Positions 36,611 through 49,003 of a DNA stretch of 58,672 nucleotides are shown piece after piece (within the stretch, counting starts at the first letter, position 1; the number at the start of each line of letters is the position of its first letter). This DNA is from Octopus bimaculoides (lineage: Eukaryota), in the NCBI RefSeq assembly GCF_001194135.2, contig NC_068982.1, forward strand, positions 35,326,252 through 35,384,923, written 5' to 3'. The notes beneath the pieces were generated by a model that saw nothing but the letters and a program-made list of their open reading frames with translations, had not been told where the DNA came from and searched no databases. The translations under genes and the position numbers were made by a program.

Positions 36611-36808
36611 TTGGCATTAGGCCACAGATTTTTGGGAAGATGGAAGAATTTGATTAAATCAACCCTGGTACTTAACTAGTATTTGTTTTATCAACCCTGG
36701 AATGATGAAAGGTAAAGTCAACATAGGCGAGTTTTCAACTCAAAACATAAAGAGGCGTAACTAAATACTGCAAGGAATTTTGTCTGTCGCTCTACCAATT
36801 CTGCCATT
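36611..36808 (-). mobile_element. SINE B, diverged
   Basis: gatgaaaggtaaagtcaac..aactcaaaac..accaattctgcca. Confidence 0.7.
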
Positions 36809-37130
36809 ATTGTGGCAGAAATAATGCTACTTGGTAATATTAATGGTTCTCATTTCATGAGCTAAAGAGAGAGATGAAAGGCATTATGAAATTTGGCAGT
36901 TGTTGGAAATGAGGACCACGAAGTGCAAAATTATACCTCATAAAGAAACTTATGGGATTCTCACTGTAGGTGCCCTGTTTTGATAAGAAGCAGTTTCTTC
37001 ACTTATCTAATTGCTATCAATGGCTATGTATGATGGTTCATTAACATCATGTCACCTTCATTATCTATTGTGATTTCAAGAATAGTGAAAATTGTTTATG
37101 TATATGTCTGTAAGGCTGTATAACCATTCT

Positions 37131-37510
37131 TTTATTCTTTTACTTCTTTCAGTCATTTGACTACAGCCATGCTGGTGCATTGCCTTGTCAAACAAATTAA
37201 CCCCACAACTTATTTTTTAAGCCTAGTACTTATTCTATTGGTCTCTTTTGCCACACCACTAAGTTATGGGGACGTAAACACACCGACTCTGACTATCAAA
37301 CAGTGATAGAAGGACAAACACAAACACACACACATATATATATATATGTATATATATATGACAAGCTTCTTTCAGTTTCTGTCTACCACATCCACTCACA
37401 AGGCTCTGGTCAGTCTAAGGTTATAGTGGAAGACACTTGCTCAAGGTGCCATGCAGTGGGACTGAACCGGGAACCATTTGGTTAGAAAGCAAGCTCCTTA
37501 CCACACAGAA
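37131..37510 (-). mobile_element. SINE A tail type 1
   Basis: Full reverse-complement copy. Confidence 0.88.
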
Positions 37511-37774
37511 ACCTACACTTAATTAATGTATGTATTTGTGTTTATGCGTGTATCATTTTAAATCTGTTGTTTGATAAACCTGCTTCATCAATTTATTTTC
37601 TTTAGCTCAATTATCCTTATTTATTATAGGATAATCAACTCATCTGTCAGTTTAGAAGATCCAAAGCAATTACACTAGGATTTAAAACAGTAAAATATTA
37701 AGCTATCAAAGTGCTCATCAGTTATGAAAACTACTTACTATTCACTAGCCAATCATCATCATCATCATCATCCT

Positions 37775-37990
37775 TTATCATCTGTTTTCCATGCTGGCAT
37801 GGGTTGGGCAGTTTGACCAAAGCCTGACATGCCAGAGAGCTACACCAGGTTCCTGTCCGATTTGGCTTGGTTGCTGCAGCTGGATGCCCTTCCTAATGCC
37901 AACCACTCTACAGAGTATGCTTTTTATGTGGCACTGACACAAGTGCTTAGATGTGGCACTGGCACCAGTACTATTTTGTGGCACTAGCAC
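37775..37990 (-). mobile_element. Retroposon D 3' part
   Basis: (CAT)n..catgctggcatgggttgg..cagctggatgcccttcctaatgccaaccactc. Confidence 0.8.
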
Positions 37991-38057
37991 AGGTGCTTTT
38001 TATGTGGTTCTGGCTTAGGTCTCTTGCAGGCCAATCCTCTTCAGCAGGGATAGGAAC

Positions 38058-38756
38058 CCTTTCATCATTATATTTCTATTGAAAGCAAAATCATGATGGC
38101 ACCCATACCAGTAGATCACTAAGAGCACTGTCCGAGCGTGATCATTGCCAGAGCACCAGCTGTCTGGCTTCCGTGCCGGTGGCACGTAAATAGCACTGTT
38201 TGAGCGTGATTGTTACCAACGTCGCCTTCCTGGCACTTGTGCCAGCGGCACGTGAAAAGACATTCAAGCGAATTCGTTGCCAGTACTGCTGGACTTGCTC
38301 CTGTGCAGGTGGCACGTATAATACACCATTTCAAGCATGGCCATTGCCAGTACCTCCTGACTGGCTTTTATGCCGGTGGCACGTAAAAGCACCCACTACA
38401 CTCTCAGAGTGGTTGGCATTAGGAAGGGCATTCAGGTATAGAAACTCTGCCAAATCAGATTGGAGCTTGGTGTAGCCATCTGGTTCATCAGTCCTCAGTC
38501 AAATCGTCCAACCCATGCTAGCATGGAAAGTGGACGTTAAACGATGATGATGATGATTTCTATTGAAATGTATTGTATTTGTTTATATTAGTTTTGAAAA
38601 TAATGATGTTAGTAAAACTAACTCTGTCATTATTAAGCAAGTGTTTACAACATAAATCAAGAAATTTTGATGGAAAATTTTCATTTAGATCATGTTAAAT
38701 ATGAAGTTTTTGTCATAGAACCAGAGGTAATCTCTGGTGGATTGGTATCAAAAGGG
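38058..38756. mobile_element. piggyBac-type MITE split by a D insertion
   Basis: Ends aaCCCTTT.. and ..AAAAGGGttga (degenerate TTAA flanks). Confidence 0.45.
38085..38555 (+). mobile_element. Young retroposon D with four internal tandem units of about 65 bp
   Basis: Perfect 13-bp TSD atttctattgaaa (38072-38084 and 38556-38568); units end ggtggcacgtaaa or a variant; (GAT)n tail. Confidence 0.9.
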
Positions 38757-39151
38757 TTGAAAAGGTCAAATATTATATACCTACAGTTTCTAGGGCATTA
38801 GATTGGCAAATTCATTAGAGCAATGGACAAAATTTCTGCTGCCACCCACACTGACATCCAAATTCCTCACAGGTCCATTCAGGACAGGATTAACTGGTTG
38901 CAGGACATTTAAGTTAGATATTCTGACCCACCCTTGCTAGATGGTTCTCACCATCTAGTTAGGTGTGGTTCATTATTGTGAGTTTTCCAAGTATTATGTT
39001 TGTATGACAATATATACATTCTTTGCTTTTATCATATACTTATGCATTCATTGTATAATGGCTTTACTTTTCCTCTTGTTTTTATATAACTTTGTGTTGT
39101 CTCTCCCCATTGTGTTTTATGACAGCCATGTTCTAATATTTTATGATATAT

Positions 39152-39585
39152 AGGTGCAGGCATGGCTATATGGTTCCAACCATGTGATCTTTGGTTCAGT
39201 CCCATTGCACAGCACTTTGGGCAAATGTTTTTTTTATTATAGTACCATGCTAACCAAAGCCTTGTCAGTGGATTTAGTAGATAGAAACTCAAAGAAGCCT
39301 ATCACACACACACACACACACACGTGTGCATATGTATGTGTGTGAGCATGTGTGTTTGTGTGTACCCTTGTCTTGATATGGCTGTAGACAACCATTACCA
39401 TCACACAAATGATTCTCATTTCGAGATTCCATCAAAAGCATGACTATGAGGAAATATTACCTTGCTAGAAGCAGGTGAGGGTTGGTGGTAGGAAGGGCAT
39501 CTGGCTGTAGAAAATCTGCCTCAACGAATTCCATCTGACCCATGCAAGCACAGAGAACTAAACATTAAATAATGATGATGGTGGT
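39152..39585 (+). mobile_element. SINE A, tail type 2
   Basis: Head, (CA)/(TG) microsatellite, RTE-type tail. Confidence 0.85.
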
Positions 39586-39752
39586 ATTTGAAGCTTCGAT
39601 GTTGCTACTCTATTTTGTATTTCCATTGTTCACCACAGTGCAAAACAAAAATTGGAAAGTCAGAGTAGCAAGAGAAACAAGTCTCTTCTTTGAATATAAG
39701 AAGAAATTCTTCTACATGTTTTGAGGACTTTTTTTTTCACCTCTTTTACTCT

Positions 39753-40160
39753 TTTACTCTTTTACTTGTTTCAGTCATTTGACTGGCCATGCTGGAGCAC
39801 CGCCTTTAGTCGAGCAAATCGACCCCAGGACTTATTCTTTGTAAGCCTAGTACTTATTCTATTGGTCTCTTTTTGCCAAACCGCTAAGTTACGGGGACAT
39901 AAACACCCCCGCATCAGTTGTCAAGCGATGTTGGGGGTCAAACACAGATACACAAACATATACACGCACACATATATATATATATATACATATATACGAC
40001 GGGCTTCTTTCAGTTTCCGTTTACCAAATCCACTCACAAGGCTTTGATCGGCCCAAAGCTATAGTAGAAGATACTTGCCCAAGGTGCCACGCTGTGGTAC
40101 TGAACCCGGAACCATGTGGTTGGTAAGCAAGCTACTTACCACACAGCCACTTCTACGCCT
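39753..40160 (-). mobile_element. SINE A tail type 1, young (CpG largely intact)
   Basis: gcaccgcctttagtcgagcaaatcgacccc..ccgctaagttacgggg..atacgacgggcttc. Confidence 0.92.
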
Positions 40161-41169
40161 GTTTATAAATATCACACTTACCATATTCTCTAGCATGCAA
40201 GTCAATGTTGTATAAAGTGTATCATGTATAAACATTCAAACATCATCACTATCTTCCCAATTTTGTTGCATTTCACAAAATGTTTGGTCCTCCAAAGTCA
40301 TTGTGGTGCATAGGTTGATCTCTCCTTTTTTGGCTGTAAATTTTGGTCTGAAAAATTTTACTTGTATGCTGGAAAATATGATATGTACACAGTCAGACAG
40401 ACACACACGCACACACACACACACACACAATTGTGCTCGCCAGTCTAGAATAATGGCAAAAATATGACTCTTAATGGAAATGGAACATAGCTCTGGTGGA
40501 CAGCATAGATAATTGTTGTGTAGAAATATTATATTTCTATTATATGCCCTTTGATCTCACCAATTAAAAATGAACTATAGTTGCTCCCTTATGTGTCATA
40601 AAACCACAGCTAATCACTTGGGTGTGGCTTGTGCCAAGAATTTAGTTCTTTGAAAAACAAACAAACAAATAACCGTCTGTAGGGCTCTGAAAGTTGGCAA
40701 ACAAAGATTTTTATTGGGGGGTCCTGTGTGGCATATTTGGCATCGGAGGAAGTTCAACTCAACTAATTACAGGAATGAGGAGATGTGCAAGAAATATATT
40801 ATTTTGACATGAGGCCAATTATTTTTAAATATGGTGACTTGATGTATTTTGATAAGGTCACATCTGAAAAGGAAAAATATAGTGATTGATCATGTGATGT
40901 GGTGTTTAAGGATTTGTCCAGAATACACATGATGTGAATTCAATTGACACCTGGTTCATTCATTATTTTTCCTTTTTATTTAATTTTATATTTGTTTCTG
41001 CTTCTGTATTTCTTATTGCTATCAGTGTGTGTGTGTTTATTTGTGTGTGTATGCAGTATGGTTTTTAATTGCCAAGTAATTTAGGTACTTGTGTGCGTAT
41101 ATAACTTAATATATGTACATACTCATGCATACATACACCTTACAAATATTTTTGTATACATGTATATAT

Positions 41170-41233
<64 letters not shown>

Positions 41234-41485
41234 GTTCAGTCATGGCCTAGGCACAAACATGGTTGTGTGGTTAAAAAGCTTGCTTCCAAGGTTCAGTCCC
41301 ATCATGCAGTATTTTGGGTGAGTGTCTTCTACTATAGACTTGCACTATAGACTTGTACTATAGACTTCATTAAAGTCTTTTGGGTGAATTTGGTTGACAG
41401 AAGCTAAAAGGTGCCCATCATGTTTGTGTGTGTGTGTGTATATGTGTGTCTTCCCTTGTCCTGCCATCACATGATGGTTCTGAAC

Positions 41486-42125
41486 CAATAGTTCTCAACC
41501 AGGGTCCATATGGACTCTGGGAGTCATATATGGTCTTGAGAATCCACACAAATAAAAAAGTAAATTAGGGACCCTCAGTTGTATTTTGAAGGTTCGTGAA
41601 AAAAATGTTTGCTTCAGATGTATTTATTGCAAGAAACAACAATGTTTCTCCCGCTAATGTTTTACATTGTTTAATATGTTTCCTGCCACAGAAACTTGTC
41701 TCTCAGGCGGCGAGCCGGCAGAAACATTAGCACGCCGGGTGAAATGCTTAGCGGTATTTCGTCTGCCATTACATTCTGAGTTTAAATTCCGCCGAGGTCG
41801 ACTTTGCCTTTCATCCTTTCAGGGTCGATAAATTAAGTACCAGTTACACACTGGGGTCGATGTAATCGACTTAACCCCTATATCTGTCCTTGTTTGTCCC
41901 CTCTGTGTTTAGCCCCTTGTGGGCAATAAAGAAATAAGAAGCTTGTCTCTCAGTGAGTGCTATTGCAAATCTACACAAGTGGATATGTGAAAAACAAAAT
42001 AGGAATTTTGAAAGATGTATCTATAAAACTAGTTTTTAAACGTTGTATGGCTATGGGGTCCACCAAAATAAAGTAGTAAGCAAAGGGGGTCTACAGGTAA
42101 AAAAAAAAATGCCTGAGAACCACTG
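41486..42125. mobile_element. hAT-type MITE containing a SINE B insertion
   Basis: caatagttctcaacc ... ctgagaaccactg (CAGTGGTTCTCA TIR). Confidence 0.75.
41707..41937 (+). mobile_element. Young full-length SINE B
   Basis: 16-bp TSD gaaacttgtctctcag / gaagcttgtctctcag (1 mismatch); CpGs intact. Confidence 0.95.
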
Positions 42126-42258
42126 TCTAAATGAATATCACTGATACAATTGAGGGTTTGCAATAGGAAGAGCATCCAGCCATAGAAAATCTGCCTCAAT
42201 GAATTCTTTTCAAAAATAGGAAAGAAAAATAACGCAGTAGATTTAACAGCCATTAATT

Positions 42259-42530
42259 CATCATCATCATCATCATCATCGTTTAAAGTCTGCCTTCCAT
42301 GCTGGCATGGGTTAGATGGTTTGACAGGAGCTGGCCAGGCAGGAGCCTGCACCAGACTTTTGTGTCTGTTTTGGCAGGGTTTTTACAGCTGGATGCCCTT
42401 CCTAACACCAACCACCCAGCAGAGTTTACTGAGTGCTTATTACACAGCAAAAGCACCGGCAAGGTCAGTTTGACATGGTTTTTACAGTTGGATACTCTTC
42501 CACATACCAACCACTTTACAGTGTAGACTG
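42259..42530 (-). mobile_element. Retroposon D 3' part
   Basis: (CAT)n cgtttaaagtctgccttccatgctggcatggg..cagctggatgcccttcc. Confidence 0.8.
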
Positions 42531-43065
42531 GAGGCTTCTTAAGTGACCCTGCCAGAAAATCCAAAGCCACATCTTCAGTTTCTTTTCAAGACTACTACTA
42601 ACTAATAAACAGAAATATGTTCCTTTTTACTTGAGCTAATTCAATCTATTAGACACTGCATGAAGGCAGCAACATTGCCAGACATTGTTGTTGTTGTTGT
42701 TGTTTTTGTTGCTATTGTCATTTTGGTTGCAGCTGTTGATTTTGATGCTGTTGCTATAGATATTGCGTTATTTATTATTACTGATGTTTCTACTATTATT
42801 TATTTTGTTGTTTTTTTTTCTTTTTCTTATTACCTTACAACCCATAAAACTAGACGCTATTTTCTAATTGTAAAATTCTTTTATGTAATTATTGATTGAT
42901 TTTTGTCTCTGAAACCATGGAGAGCATTTCATTACTTATTTATTTATTTATTTATTTATTTATTTTTTTCATGTATGTGTGTGTAATTTTTTTAATATCT
43001 TTTCCTCTTTTTTTTTCCATTCCATTTATATTCCTGCATATATCTCTATATATGTATACATGCAA

Positions 43066-43097
<32 letters not shown>

Positions 43098-43172
43098 NNN
43101 NNNNNNNNNNNNNNNNNNNNNNNNNNNNNNNNNNNNNNNNNNNNNNNNNNNNNNNNNNNNNNNNNNNNNNNN
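43098..43172. other. Assembly gap inside (TA)n
   Basis: Run of N; short gaps also at 743-751, 18754-18763 and 22802-22811. Confidence 1.
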
Positions 43173-43202
43173 TATATATATTTATTTATTTACTTATGTA
43201 TG

Positions 43203-43251
<49 letters not shown>

Positions 43252-43741
43252 CTGCACTCAAGCACATAGTGACATAGACATACATTCGTGTTTACACCAG
43301 ATATGCATGTCCATTCATACACACATACCTATGCATAATAAACTTACTCTCATCTTAACCTGATTTACTCAATCAATTTATGAATTAATCTATTCTGTTT
43401 GAAAATGTGGAGAATTTCGTATTGTCTTTGCTTTGTTTATTTTTTTCTCATATATTTATTTTTATCCATCACCTTCTTTTCTCTCCCTATCTTTCTCTCT
43501 CTCTCTCCTTCTCTTTTTGTCTTTTGCCTTAATTCTTTGCTGGTTGACTTCTATATTTCCTTATTTTTACATTAACAGCCTTTTCAGACACTCAAAAGAT
43601 AAAAAAAAAAAAAAACCAAAACAAAGAGGAAGTGTTATATACGCATTCACACACACATGTGCACACATCACACACACTCACATAATAATTTTGTCTAGGC
43701 ATAGCAATATCCATATATATATATAAGATATATATGTGTTG

Positions 43742-43772
<31 letters not shown>

Positions 43773-43954
43773 GAAAGAAGTGAGAAAAATGGACATTTAT
43801 CAAAGAAAACAATGAGTAGATTTTATTTAACATATGAATATTCTAATTTAATATAAAATATTTCATTTATTTTTCAAAAGTTAATCTCCAAACTGTCAAT
43901 ATGTTTTCGTCTTCATCATCAATATAATCATCAAAAGAAATAAATTTCAAATTC

Positions 43955-43987
<33 letters not shown>

Positions 43988-43988
43988 C

Positions 43989-44200
43989 GGTAGTGAACTA
44001 GCAGAATCGTTAGCACGCGAGACAAAATGCTTATTGGTATTTCGCCCATCACTACGTTCTGAGTTCAAATTCCACTGAGGTTGATTTTACCTTTCATCCT
44101 TTTGGGGTTGATAAAACAAGTACCAGTTGAACACTGGAGTCGATGTAATCGACTCATCGCATTCCCAAAAATTGCTACCCTTGTGGCAAAATTTGAAGCC
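43989..44200 (+). mobile_element. SINE B, alternative tail
   Basis: ggtagtgaactagcagaatcgttagcacg..gagttcaaattcc..gtcgatgtaatcgac. Confidence 0.85.
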
Positions 44201-45828
44201 ATTACTATTATTATTGTTATTATTCATAATTTTTATGTCTGCTTTTTATACTAATGTAGGTAGAATAGATTGTCACTGTTCAAGTCAGTTCTTATTGAGT
44301 GTAGGGTAACACTGTCCCCACAGCCAGGTTGGAGGACTACACCTTGCTTATACATTTAAGTTTTTGGCTTGGTTTCTGTGGCTTGATGTCCTTCTTATTA
44401 CCAACAATTTACAGAGTATACTGGGTACAGATGTAGCTGTGTAGTTGAGAACTTTGCTTCCCAGCCACATGGTATTGAGTTCAATTCTTCTGTGTGGCAT
44501 TTTGGACAAGTGTTTTCTATTATAGTCTTAGGCCAATCATAGCCTTATAAATGGATTTGATAGGTGGAAACTGAAAGAAGATCATCATATTTACATATGT
44601 ATATATATATGTATATAATTTTTCTTTTTCTTTATCAAAATTCTCCTTAAGAGCTGATCGCACAAAGGACAAGACTTTTTGAGTTAAGATAATTCCCAGT
44701 GTTTGTGATTGAGTTGGTGTATTGGTTGAGCTGTCAATACACATATCATCATCAGCATCATTGTTTAACATACATCTTCCATGCATGCATGGGTTGGTCG
44801 GTTCACAGGAGCTCACCAGGTAGAAAAACTACCCTTTGCTACTCTATCTGTATGTCATTATTTCAAGGCAGCAAGCTGGCAGAATCATTAGCATGCTAGA
44901 TGAAATGCTTAGCAGTATTTTGCCATTCACTACATCGTGCAGTAAGACTGACCCCCAAACTACATGGTTTGGAACAAGCTTCTTAACCATCTTTTATCAT
45001 CTAGAACTACATTAGGATGGTAAGATGTACCCAAAACAGATTTAGTTGTTATTTTTAACAGGCTGAGAGACTGCATACCACATGGTGAAAGAGTTAGTCC
45101 TTGTCACAGTGACCACGATTACTATTGTTGTTTTGAGTTTAAGACCATTCTTTACTTCATTATGCATGTTTCTTCATGACTTCACTAGTGTTGTTATCAC
45201 AAAAGAAGCACTCATTAGACAATGTAAATTGATTGACATTAGGAAGGGCATCCAGCCATAAAAAACCACACCAAAGGTAATATTGGAGCATGACATAGTT
45301 CTGCACCTCATGGAATCCTGTCAGATTGTCCAACCCATGTAAGCAACAAAACAGACATTTGATGATGATGATGATGATGATGGTGTTGGTGGTGGTGGTG
45401 GTGGTGGTGATGGTGGTGGTGGCGGCATCGCCACGGCGGAAAATGACTTGCAATGTTTTAGCAATTTCAGTTATTGCTTTTTTGTTATATACAATTTTAC
45501 ATTACTTTTCTTTTCTATGGTTTTATATTTTTTTCTCTGTTTCCATATTAGACACTTTTTTTTTTTTTATTCCAACATGTAATCTGAAACATGAGAAAAT
45601 CTGATATCTCAAGAAGCATATTGATTTGATATTCTTCCCAAACGGACAAATTCATTTACTGATTGTTTTTATTGCATGTTAACATGTAGTTCTATCTTGG
45701 CAATTATGTCTTTGAATTACATGCAATTTGGTTTGTCTTTGAATCTTCATAGATTCTTTGTTAAAAAAAACAGATAATTGAAACCTTTTGACAAAATAAT
45801 ATGAATGATGATAATAATAATGATGATG

Positions 45829-45865
<37 letters not shown>

Positions 45866-46463
45866 TAGTAATTAAAAGAACTGATGTCTGAGATGTACTG
45901 CTACTACTAAGTTAATAATGATTTTTGATATTGGCTCAAGGCCATTGGCTTGTTATGTGGATTCCAATATGTCACTGGAACTTATTTTATCAATGGATAC
46001 AGGCATGGTTGTATGGTTAGAAAGTTTGGTTTGCAATCACATAGTTTCAGGTTCAATCTCACTATGCAGGCACTCTAGGCAAGTGTCTTCTACCATATCT
46101 TAAGTAATGAAATTTAGCAGACAACAGCTCTGCAGAGTACACTGTGTGTATGCGTGTGTTTATGTGTGTGTGTGTGTGTGTATGTGTCTGTGTACACATG
46201 CAAACAGACTCTAAAGAGACCAGTGTTGGTGTGCATCAACAAAACCGTACTATTTAGTGGAAATTGACAAAAAGAGTACTGTGTATTTGGCTGTGAGGGA
46301 GTGGAAAATTCAATGCTTTGGACAGTCCTTTGTCAAGAAAAAGTTGACGGGAGAGAAATTAAAGAGGGACAGCAGACTTTTTCAGCCTCTATGTTGCTAG
46401 TTTTTTTCTAACTTAAGAGGATATAAACCTCTGTTGTCTTTAATTTCTTTCCTGTCAATTTTT

Positions 46464-46563
46464 NNNNNNNNNNNNNNNNNNNNNNNNNNNNNNNNNNNNN
46501 NNNNNNNNNNNNNNNNNNNNNNNNNNNNNNNNNNNNNNNNNNNNNNNNNNNNNNNNNNNNNNN
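46464..46563. other. 100-N assembly gap
   Basis: Truncates the mariner; the track ORF 46397-46906 is falsely joined across it. Confidence 1.
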
Positions 46564-47439
46564 GTTGTTGTTGGAGTTTCTTATGCATTTCATCCATTTG
46601 CTGACAGTACTTCCCTGCCGTAATGGTTTCGCCTGGATTCAAAAAGCTGTGATGGATGAGACCGGCCACAGACCACCAAACAGTCACCATGACCTTCTTT
46701 TGGTGCGACTTTGGCTTCGGGAAGGGCCATGGAGCTTCATCAGTGTCCAACCACTGAGCTGAGCATCGCCGGTTGTCGTAAAGAACCCACTTTTTATTGC
46801 AAGTCACCATCCGGTCGAGAAACGGGTCATTCTTGTTGCGTAAAAGAAGGGAAGATGACACTTCAAAACTGCGTTTTTTTTGGTTGTTGTTCAATTCGTG
46901 CGGCACTCATTTCTCAAGTACTTTTGTTTTTCCAATCTCTTTCAAGTGGTTGGAAATTGTCGTATACATTAAGTCTAATTCAGAAGCAAGCTCTCGAACA
47001 GTTGTGCATGGATTGGCTTTGACTAAAGCTCTTAGTTGCTCGTTCTCAACATCCGATAGCTGACCACTACGCTTGTCATCTTCAAGACTCTCATCAATGC
47101 TACGAAATTTCTTGAACCACTATTGTGCTGTACGTTCATTAGTGATTCCTGGGCCAAATGCATTGTTGATATTGCAAGCTGTTTCAGCAGCTTTTTGGCC
47201 TAGCTTGAACTGGAATAAGAAAATTGTGTGAATTTGCTTTTTGTCCATGTTGTATTCAATATTCCAGAAAAAATGGCCTAATTATTCAAGAAGAAAAAGA
47301 GTAACATGATTAGATAGAGCGAAAAACAAGCTTTAAAATTATATATAAAGTCAAACTAATTTAATGAAAATTAATTTGAAAATATATCATTTAAAACCAA
47401 AATTAAAAATTCTGTAAGAACTTTCTTGACAACCTAATA
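46564..47439 (-). mobile_element. Mariner (Tc1/mariner) element with decayed transposase, 3' part lost in gap
   Basis: ATG at 47248; MDKKQI..fs..KAAETACNINNAFG..WFKKFRS..*VPHEL..FLDRMVTCNKKWVLYDN..KKVMVTVWWSVAGLIHHSFL; TIR TATTAGGTTGTCAAGAAAG at 47421-47439; inserted at a TA inside a SINE A head. Confidence 0.95.
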
Positions 47440-48002
47440 GAAGAAACTTGCCCATGGTGCCATACAGTGGGACTGAACCTCTGAAACTATGTAGTTGCAA
47501 AACAAACTTCTTAACAATACATCCATGCCCACATTTATTTTTATATGCATAAAAATTTATTTTAATGTTCAAAATTATATTTTTTCAGCCTGTGTCTGTT
47601 CCACATTAATGAATGCAAGAAGCTTGAGTGATGAGGCAACAAACAATAATTTCAAAAACATAAATAAAATTTCATTATAGGGATATATACTCTTGTCTGA
47701 TTATAGTGGAGAAGGCCATCATTCATTAACACATATACACACCCACATTCAAAAAGAGGGTGAAAGAGTGCACATATGACATAGGTAAAAGTTCAACAGT
47801 TTTTTTCTTATAATCGTAAGTTCTTTCATATGTGTGAGACAATTTTCAGACAGTTTCGAAGATCTTAATAGAGGCATGAATGTCTTCATTCTTAAAAATT
47901 GCTAAGCACCTTGTAAGGTGGGAAAAATGATTAGACTCACTTATTTGGTGTCTATCAGAATTCTTTTTTTTTCTTTTCATTATTGTTTAATATATATTTC
48001 AG

Positions 48003-48053
48003 TTTGTGAACAGGTTTCCCTCTCGCCAATCACAAGTTCCTACGTTTCCAAAG
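48003..48053 (+). CDS. Candidate exon 2 (phase 1-1, 51 nt): VCEQVSLSPITSSYVSKG, Ig-domain-like start
   Basis: Long pyrimidine tract with tttcag acceptor, AAG|GTGACT donor, open and phase-compatible with the exon at 7183-7264. Confidence 0.4.
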
Positions 48054-48842
48054 GTGACTGTGACATGGGAGCACCACCATTTTTCTATTTTTCTCTGAAA
48101 TATGCATATATCCTTTGCCAATATATATTGGCAAATAGTACAAACATACATGTATATAAACAAACACACACATCCTTTGATAAAATTATTTAAAACTTTT
48201 CTGAAAACCAGGTTTTATACTAATTGCAAAATAGTATTTGTTTAGCTAGAATTCAAATCAAAAATGACCCTCCACCATTGCAGTTGAACTCTAATTGAAT
48301 AAATGTTGATTACTGTCAGCATGAAACCTTGGGTTCTAGGAAAGTAACAAAAATTCTATTAAATTCTGTTAGCCACCTTCCCAGTATTGAGTACATGTTT
48401 ATTTTCTTCTCAGTGTTATTTTCTTCTCAATGTTCTTTCTTATGTTATGTTTAATACTTTTGGATTTTTCTGAAAATTCAAAGATAGGTTATATTTTTTA
48501 GCGAATTTTAAAGGTTTCCTTTTAACCAATCTGATTCTTCATGATTTTAATTCAATTTTCATTTACTTCCCTGTTCTTTATTACCATCAGTCTCTCAAAA
48601 CTTCCAATGATCACCGCTGTATACAAAACCCATTGCACTTAATGTTCCTACCAAATAGAAAAATGTGTTTTACACAAGCTGAGAGCAACCATTATGTGGT
48701 TGCTCAATCTACTAGACATAGCAACCACTCCTTTAAACTGCATAGAATTGTTTCTAAAAGAGACTGTGAGGTCAGATAATGTGGGTAGAGAGAGGGTTAC
48801 AGAACTTTTGATCCCTTCATGATGTGTTGTGTTCCATTACCT

Positions 48843-49000
48843 AGGTGTGACTGTGGTTAAGAAGCTTGCTTCCCAACCATGTGGTCTCAGGTTCAATCAC
48901 ACTGCATAGCACCTTCAGCAAGTATCTTCTACTATAGCCCCGAGCTGACCAAAGCCTTGTAAGTAAATTTGATAGATGGAAATTGAAAGAAGCCTATCAT
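48843..49000 (+). mobile_element. SINE A head
   Basis: gtggttaagaagcttgcttcccaacc..aaagccttgt..gaaagaagcct. Confidence 0.85.
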
Positions 49001-49003
49001 GTA

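Larger units (their letters stand above)
41250..42210 (+). mobile_element. SINE A tail type 2 split by a hAT MITE
   Basis: Head 41250-41485; tail resumes at 42126 (taaatgaatatcactg..aggaagagcatccagccatagaaaatctgcctc). Confidence 0.7.

Noticed and set aside
38110-38400. Regularly spaced repeats resembling a CRISPR array (also 49178-49370)
   Set aside because: Whole units are homologous (no unique spacers), they sit inside a TSD-flanked retroposon in eukaryotic DNA, and no cas genes are present.
47589-47680. Phase-1 acceptor giving ACVCSTLMNARSLSDE..
   Set aside because: Runs into a stop with no donor.
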